Below are positions 55,925 through 64,000 of a DNA stretch of 64,000 nt, piece by piece. Within the stretch, counting starts at the first letter, position 1. Each line of letters opens with the position of its first letter. The position numbers and the translations under genes are program-made. The notes below the pieces were generated by a model, which worked only from the letters and a program-made list of their open reading frames with translations, had not been told where the DNA came from and ran no database searches. This DNA comes from Aplysia californica. Lineage: Eukaryota. The stretch lies in contig NW_004797287.1 of assembly GCF_000002075.1 (NCBI RefSeq), positions 907,900 to 971,899 of the forward strand. The letters are read 5' to 3'.

Positions 55925-58900
55925 CTCTCTCTCTCTCTCTCTCTTGCCCTTTTTAACTCCCAGTGGAGCACAGGCCATCAACAGCATTACTCCAGCGAAG
56001 CCTGTCCTGAGCATCCTTTTCTACCTGTTTCCATGATGTCCACGCTTTTTCAATTCTCGCTAGTACAGCTCGCCTCCATGTCTTCTTTGGTCTTCCCTTC
56101 TTACGTTTTCCATGTGGGTTCCACGTTAAAGCCTGCCTGATGATGCTTGTCGGGGGTCTCCTCAGGGTGTGTCCAATCCATTTCCATTTCTTCACCTGTA
56201 TGTCTTCCTTTACTGGCCTTTGACTTGTTGTTTCCCACAGTTGAGCATTACTGACTCGATTGTACCACTTAGATCTCCACTATCCTTCGTAGGCATCCAT
56301 TTACGAAGCTCCGCAGTTTCTTTGCTGATGATGCTGTGAGCCTCCATGTCTCTGAACCATACAGTAGAACAGTCTTCACGTTTGTTTTGAAGATCCTCTG
56401 CTTGGTGTTCATTCCCAGTTCCTTAGACATCAATATATTCCTGAGAATGATGAATGCTGCTCTTGCCTTTTGGATTCTGGCCTTGATGGCTTCGTCTCTT
56501 CCCCCTGCCTTGTTGATGACACTTCCTAGGTAGGTGAAGGATTCAACATCCGCCAATGGTGCCAGTGTGATAGGAACGTCGGATGCATTTGTTAGTTGAA
56601 CTTTCGTTTTATCCTCGTGAATATGGAGTCCAACACTATGGGAGGTCCTGGGGCGATCTGTTTTCTGTGGCATCAGGGCTCGACGGTGAGAAAGAAGTGC
56701 CAAGTCGTCGGCAAAGTCCAAGTCTTCCAACTGACTGGAAAGGGTCCATTGTATGCAACCGCGTTGTACCGATGTTGTCCGTCTCATTATCCAATCCACT
56801 GCTAATAAAAAGAGAAAAGGCGATAGCAGGCATCCCTGTCTCACTCCTAACTTCAAACGAGTCTATCCGCTGCCCTTCAAGTAAGACACTCAACTCATTC
56901 CCTCACACATCTTCTTGATCAATCTCACGAACTTGTCAGGTATTCCGTAGTGGGGCATGAGCTTCCATATTGAGTCCCTATCTAGGCTGTCAAAAGCTGT
57001 CTCGTAGTCAACAAAGTTAACGTAAAGAGAAGATTTCCACTTTGTGGACTGCTTCACTATTATCCTCAAAGTTGCAATCTGATCTGTACATGATCTCTTT
57101 TTACGAAATCCTGCCTGCTCCTCTCTTAGTTTTGCATCTACGGCTTCCTTCAGTCTTTCCGGTATGGTACGACTTAAAATCTTCCCAGGAAGGGACAGGA
57201 GCATGATTCCTCTGCAGTTTTTACACTCATGCAGGTCTCCTTTCTTGGGTAGTTTCACGAGCAATCCCTCTTTCCAACACTGTGGAAATTCTTCGCTGTC
57301 CCATACCTTGTCAACAATTCCATGAAAAATCCCTGCCGCAGTGTCGATATCCGCCTTGAGAACTTCTGGGGAAATTCCATCTGAGCCGGCTGCCTTGCCT
57401 GCTTTCTGGTGTCTTATCGCCTCCTTGATCTCCTCTAAACTAGGCTTTTCAGACTTTTCTTCACTCACCTCCAGATCAATCTCTGCAGGTGGGATGTCAA
57501 ACTGTTTTTCTGGCCTTGGTCTATTCAGTAGCTCTTTGAAATGCTCCTTCCAGCGTTCTGTCTGTTCGTCTGGATTTGTGAGAAGCTTTCCCTCTTTATC
57601 CTTAACTGGCACATCTGCGTTTTTGTATCTGCCTTCAAGTTTTTTGGTGGTTTCATACAGTCCTCTCATGGTTCCTGCCCCTGCTGCTTCCTCTGCCTCG
57701 CGCGCTATGTCATCTACATAGTTTCTTTAGTCTTTCCGTACGCTGACTTTTACCTTCTTCATTGCTTTGGTGTATTCTTCTTGGGCCTTTGCTTTGGCTG
57801 CTCTTGTCTTGTTCCTGTTTACCTGATCCTTTTTCTTTTTCCAGTCTTCTATCTTCCTCAGAGTGGTGGCCGATATCCATGGCTTGTGCTCACGTTTCCG
57901 TTTCCCCAGTACCTCTGGACACACAGTGGTCCAGCTTTCTTTTATTGCCTCCCATATTTCGTCCACGCTGCTATCCTCGCCTAGTATTTCCAACACTTGG
58001 AACCTGTTCTTGACCGCTACATTAAACTCCTCTCTTGACGATGGCTTTCTCAGAAATTCAACGTTGTACCGGTACCTATGATTATTGACAATTCACGGTC
58101 TTCGCTTTAGTTTTAGTCGGATTGTTGAAATGAGCAGATGATGGCCCGAAGCTACGTCTGCACCCCTGTAAGCTCTAACATCCCTTATTGGTCTCCTGAA
58201 TTTCTTGTTGACACATATGTGGTCAATCTGGTTTTCAGTTTGTTGGTCTGGCGACACCCATGTTGATTTGTGTATCTGTTTATGTGGGAAAAGAGTCCTT
58301 CCTATTATGAGCTCATTCGTTGCACATATTTCTGCAAATAGTTCTCCATTCTCGTTTCTGACTCCAAGTCCGTGTTTCCCCATGATTTCCTCAAAGCCTG
58401 CATTGTCACTGCCTACCTTAGCGTTGAAGTCTCCCATTAAATTCTAGATGTCCTTCCTTCTAACCTGATCAATAGTATTTTGTTGCATTTTGTAGAAAGT
58501 CTCTTTTACATCCTGGTCCTTATCATTGGTGGGGACATATCCCTGGATTACACAAAGGTTGATGTCTTTCTTTTGAGAATGGAATTCAGCTGATATTAGT
58601 CATGGGCCCTCTGCTTTCCATCCTATCAAAGCCCGCTTGGCGTGTGTTGATAACATAATACCTACTCCTTCTGTATGCTGCGAGTTTTTCTCCAGACGTC
58701 CAGACTAGAGAACTGTTTCCCCAGAAGCAAGTTGGCACTCCCCTGCATTCGTCCATCTCGTCTCACAGAGACCCAATATGTCCAATTGGTAGGCCTCCAT
58801 CTCTCTTGCAACCTGCAGTGCCTTCCCTGTCTCGTACATTGTACGAATATTCCAGGTGCCAAGTCTGGTGGTTCTTCTGGTCGACAGGAGGTTTCTCAGC

Positions 58901-59176
58901 TTGGTGGCTTCCTTTCGGCTTTCACCACCCTGCGTCATTCTACACTCTATATTCTCTCCTCTCCTCGGTGATGAACGTCCTCCATCTTCCAGAACTGGCG
59001 GTCGTGTGGTTTTTACTGTGGATGTTTTTGTAGCTGCTTTTCGTTTTACTGGAAAGGACTGCTAACCCTTTGCCCGACCGACCTTAGTCGCCTTCTACGA
59101 CATGCGCGGTGCGGATACAGTGATCCAATTCTTTGCTCCCCTGTCTCTTGGACAGGGCCCCGAGAACCACACGGGT
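55925..59176 (-). mobile_element. Apparently full-length (~3.25 kb) RTE-clade LINE, ORF broken by frameshifts/stops
   Basis: APE endonuclease (GTWNIRT, GLCETRW, MGDFNAKVG, NQIDHI), RT (QAGFRK.RSCTDQI, GVRQGCLLSP, DFADD, FTYLGS), WKWIGHTLR..GRPK; (GA)n tail; candidate TSD CTGTGAG(C/T)CTCT at 55913-55924 and 59177-59188. Confidence 0.95.
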
Positions 59177-59645
59177 CTGTGAGTCTCTGCAGGTTATATA
59201 AAACACTAAAAAAAAGATTAGACGAAGTATTACACAAAGAAAATGAGAGCAAAGATGACTCAAGCTGGTATCATGATAGACTTCTGTGCAGCTGACCATA
59301 GTTCTAACCCTTACAGGGGCATTCCTGATTTTGGGGTGCTTCTGGGGATTTCTAGGCTCTCCACCACTCGGATCAATTATGTACGCGATGAAAAGGGAAG
59401 GTTGTAGGAAGACCCCTTTATAGTGCAGCAGAGTTAGGAATACCCAAGTAGTGAGATTTGTGGTCACTTTTGGGGGTGAAAAATTTTCCTCCTCTCAACA
59501 CTAAAAGAGCAGCTTAAGCCATTACTAGAGACCTTGTAGCAATAATAGTGTATAAATAAAAAGACCATGCCGCTCCCACTACTAACAGATGAACTGCTGG
59601 CAAGTTTCCTTAAAAACAAAACAATTCAGTTGGTATCACAGTGGA

Positions 59646-62600
59646 CTACAATGGGGATGACCTTGGGTCCATTCCTGAAAAGTCAATCTTGGTCAGTTTA
59701 GGAACTTTTTAAGGGCTTCAACCCACTTACAATATATCACGCTTATAGCAAAACACTCACATAGCAGATAGACATATTTTAAAGTACTGAACTTTTTCTT
59801 ATACATGTTCCTTTGTGTTTAAAAAACTTACAAAGCAAAATTAGTACAAAATGGAAAAAAATTCCGCGCCTCCTCGATCTTGCTATGTGCGAGGTAAACT
59901 GTAAACTGAAAGTTCCGTAATACAGCAATGGTACTGAATGTGGAAAAAAAACATACGATACATTGAAAATCCTACCTAATCTTCCTCCAGAAGGTGGTGT
60001 TCTGACCAGAAGTCTTCCAGGCTGATTGAGAATGTTATAACCACCAGAGCACTAGAGGATAACAGCAAGCAACATTCAGAGAAAAAAAGAAAATAAAAGG
60101 ATAAAAGTGGTTATTTGGGAAATCTGAACACACTTATGTTACTCAACTGCACTGGCATAAAAGCAAAAACAAAAACTTTTTAACTCTTTCAAAGTGCAAA
60201 GGATACCACAATTTGACGCACCCACTTTGAGGGTATTTCCTTAAAACCAATATAATTCAAATATCGGCAATGGATTCCTTTGTGCGAGCACTCAAACTAT
60301 TCATAATTGGACAGAAAATCAGAATATCAAATAATAGGCAATAAATGTTGCACAGGACCTGGATGTAGGTCTTGGGGATGACGAAATCGGTACTGCTAAA
60401 ACGCCACATAAGTTGCAATCCGATTCAAAGACTTTATCTGACAAAAGCAACTCTGTTCAAAGTGTATTTATTTCAAGAGTCATTTGAGCACACTTTGTAC
60501 ATACCCAATCTGCTGTTCTATATCACCAAAAGAAAAAGAGTTAAAAAAAGGTATATGAAAACACAGCTTGAGGGAACAACATCTTATCTGACGGATTTGA
60601 CTGATTAGAATAAATTTAAACTTTTTAGAGACATTAATAAACAAGCTGCTGGTCCCTGCACCTGGAAGGCACCACTGTTAGGTTCTAATTCTTATCTTTC
60701 TCTGTCATTTCCATACATCTAATTTTTTCCCTGCACTAAATATAATCAAAACTACGTACTATGTTAATATTTCATGAGATTTTTCATCATTCTTCATTAA
60801 GTGTACACTAAAAATCAGAATAGACTGAGCACTCCCAAATACATGCCTTTGATGAAAACTAAAACTTAGATATAAACAATAACTTTTCCAAAGCCAAGAT
60901 GTTAAAACTGGTCTTTCACATTCAGGAAACAGATTTAGCTCTTTTGGAACAAAATGCAAATTTGAAAATCCTCACCAGTGAACTTATCTTCGTGCCAAGA
61001 GACTGCCTGTCACTCGATGTCAAGGAGACCTATATTACTGAAGAGTAATTCTAACTAAGAGACATAATAATATCAAATTAAATAGCTATGCTTACTGAAT
61101 AGTAAGATAAAAACCAAGTCAAATGCAAACTTTCTAGTGTAAGAGACAAACGTATAACTATATGTATTGTATAGTATAGTGATTCCCAGTGCAACTCTAT
61201 TGAAGCACACAACAGTCAATGAACCAAATTGTTTATTGTGTATATGATTAAGAAAAAAAGAAAATTAAAAGACTACCAAAACATTAGCTCAAACTACATT
61301 CACTTACACCAGGTGGTTGCACAGAGCGTTGACCCCTGAAAATGACCAAAATGAAAGAGAATAGAAGCATAAAGTAAAGGTTCAAATGACATGGATGGTA
61401 AATAAAATCTGAGTATTTAACAAACATGCACAAAAGCAATATCCAAACGGTGCTAACAAGTTACTGCCATCAAATTATTTTATACCAGATATCAAACAAA
61501 TTTCTGGCTATAATTGTTTCTTTTGTTTGCAAAATCACATAGCACCTTCAAGAGTTTCTTAATGCTTTCCACCTTTCACAAACATAGATAATGCGAATAC
61601 TAAGGAAATCCAAACTTCTTTCACAAGAATAACAAATCATAAAACTTTGCATACCGTTTATCAAGGCACAAATGTAACAGTGTTGACAGAATACTTACTG
61701 GTTTCTTAGAAATGGAGAAAAGGGAGATGGAGACACTGGGGATTTAATAGTGAAATATAGTTATTTCTTGATCTTACACTCCATCTCAACAGTGTTACAA
61801 ATATTTTAACATAGCAACAAAAGAACAGAATTATGGTTCTGAAACAAAAGATAAATGGACAGAACACATTACAAAAGTATTTCTTATAGCTTTTTAAATG
61901 TATATGTCACATTGAAATACATATTATAACAATAAGAACTTTCCTCTGACAGGCATTTTTGCACACTTTCACCACCAAATAGAACAGAAAATTCAATTCA
62001 AGCAAACTGATGAGAAAAACTTGGAGAGTATTACACATGACTTGAAATAAAAAGAGGAAAATCACAATGCATTAATTCATTACCTGAATAAGGACCAGGA
62101 GAAGCTCTAGACCTTGAGTTGATCCTAAAAATAATTGAAATAAAGTCACAGCATAGGAAAAGGACAAATTGTGTGACTTTGTGGTGAAATCATACACACA
62201 TCAATCAAATTAACGAAATCTAAGAAACCACTATTTTTTCCGCACCTTGGGCGATTAAAAAAAAAATCATCCTTTTTTGGCCCAACACCTTTTATGTTCA
62301 TTTACCTCCTTCAAATGCAGATATCTCAACTTGTATTGAAGATAATTGAATATTTTTTTCCATCAATAGCAGAAAAAAATTAACACGCTTTCAAGATGAC
62401 AATAACTCCATTTATATATGCTCATAAACTGACAAACGCCTAATTCCACAGTGGCATGACACAATAAGTAACCAATTATAATTTTATTACATTTATAAGT
62501 ATCTCCTACAACCCTCCCCCCCCCCTTCTCCCGCTTCTAAAAAAAAGAAGTAAAAAGAAGAAGAAAAACTATTATTTCGAGAATAAGCTACTCATATAAA

Positions 62601-63315
62601 AATGCAACAAAATGTGAAAGGAGTCAACAGGCTGTTTTTGAAAAAGAAAATCTAAAGGGAAAATAGAGAGCAAGCACAAAAGCACATCCTGACATGTGAA
62701 TAATGCATCCAACAATTTGGTGTGTCAGGCCTTCGATAGTATTGAACCTGAGATCTTGATGAAAGTAAGGTCTAAGAAATGTGCACATTTTAAATTAGAA
62801 AGAGTGCTTGCTGGGCAAACTATTATGAAGTGAGTGGGGATTTCAATTTATGAGCCTGGAAATATGAGGGGTTCTGCTGAAATTATATTTTTTTAGCACC
62901 GAAAACAGGGACTTCTGCTTTCACCAACACCAGTTTTCATTGACTGTGACTAACATTCATTGTATAACACTGGTTAAGAGGACATAAAGCAAAAAAGGAG
63001 CTAAACATAAATCTGAGAAGTCAGCGACAATAAACATACTGGCACTCTGTGTTTTACTGGAAAAAACTAAAACCAATAACCAATCATACTCAAAATTCAT
63101 CGAAACCTTTTCTTACATAAATACATTTTTCAAAACCAATACAAAATTGGATTTTAAAAACCCAAACCATACCAGGGATAAATAAACAAATGAAACAGCA
63201 AAGCTTCTTTAACTGTTCGAACAGGGAGGTTCTTGTCAATGAAATGATGAACTTGCAACACAAAGCATGCTTTCATATCAAAACAATTTTCAAGTACTCA
63301 CCTTTGATGACCATC
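59646..63315 (-). CDS. RNF212: 3' micro-exons of a probable RNF212 (Zip3-family meiotic E3 ligase)-like gene: 63302-63315, 62084-62124, 61699-61735, 61308-61335, 60976-61029, 59976-60051, 59646-59674
   Basis: Each exon has an AG acceptor and (except the last) a GT donor; phases chain 0-2-1-2-0-0-1 into DGHQRINSRSRASPGPYSVSPSPFSPFLRNQGQRSVQPPGVSLTSSDRQSLGTKISSLCSGGYNILNQPGRLLVRTPPSGGRLGMDPRSSPL*. PGRLLVRTPPSGGRLG resembles the RNF212 C-terminal motif (human PARISMISPPQDGRMG, recalled from memory). The RING domain would lie beyond the window. Confidence 0.55.
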
Positions 63316-64000
63316 CTTGAATAATTAAAAACATATATTGAGATAAACAATGTATGGGTAATTTCCTTTTGTTTTAGCGATTGGAATTCTTGCGAATATA
63401 ACGGCTCATTTTTCTTGCACAGACTCTACTTATGACAACCAAATCTCGTATTTATATGGAACTGAATTGTGCGGAACTGCTAGTTTTCTTTGCTCAAATA
63501 CTGATGGTTTAAAAACAGGAGCATTAATTGTGGCCAATCAACAGTTTTTTGAAAAAGAAAAGATAAAAAAATAGCGTTCTTTTGGTTCACCACCGCTACC
63601 AGATTAACCTTGTTTGGACTAAGCAGACTCCACTGTACATCATCAAACCTCAGTTTTAAATCATGCCATCAAGATGACCCCGGTCTTAAAACGGGTGTTC
63701 ATGAACTTTGGTCTCTTTTTTTTTTCTTTCAAAGGATCTTCCTCTCTCACTTTCAGAGATCCTGTCTCTCCAGTAATCATACAGTGTCTATCGGGACAAT
63801 AAGCCTGCGTCAACTCATGATGTTGTGGTTACTGTTGCTGGTGAAAAGTCGATGTAGCTCTTATTTGTGTCAGATACTTTTCTCACTTTTTATTTCAATT
63901 TCAGATGAGTTAAATGAATGTTGGAGTAAGGATTAAAAGTCTGTACCAATATTTGCTCCTAAACATAACAATATTATCATGATGAATGGAGATACTGTTG

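Noticed and set aside
58940-59176. HDV-like ribozyme in the RTE 5' UTR
   Set aside because: I could not build the nested double pseudoknot by eye; only a small hairpin is supportable.

Overview
Draft-quality (many N gaps), repeat-rich invertebrate metazoan genomic DNA; not prokaryotic. Main contents: (1) a complete but decayed Ty3/Gypsy LTR retrotransposon on the minus strand (13426-18364) with both LTRs, a tRNA-Leu PBS, a PPT and a 5-bp TSD. Its integrase core is interrupted by a 343-bp intronless novel-PKC (delta/theta-type) kinase-domain fragment in antisense orientation with microhomology at both junctions. (2) A ~6 kb hierarchical satellite (47-49 bp minisatellite blocks inside ~1.0-1.3 kb units; 19133-25175). 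(3) A tandem array of exon/intron modules on the minus strand (25212-32830). Three modules (plus a fourth cut by a gap) each hold a ~690-nt imperfect inverted repeat with ~260-bp arms whose mismatches favour G:U pairs on the minus-strand RNA. This is a candidate spliced long-hairpin-RNA (endo-siRNA precursor) locus. (4) One apparently full-length and one 5'-truncated RTE-clade LINE, both with TSDs. (5) Several tRNA-derived SINE families and microsatellites. (6) A phase-consistent chain of micro-exons (59646-63315, minus strand), missed by the ORF track, encoding a Ser/Pro-rich C-terminal region resembling the meiotic E3 ligase RNF212. All alignments and counts were done by eye; no database searches were run.
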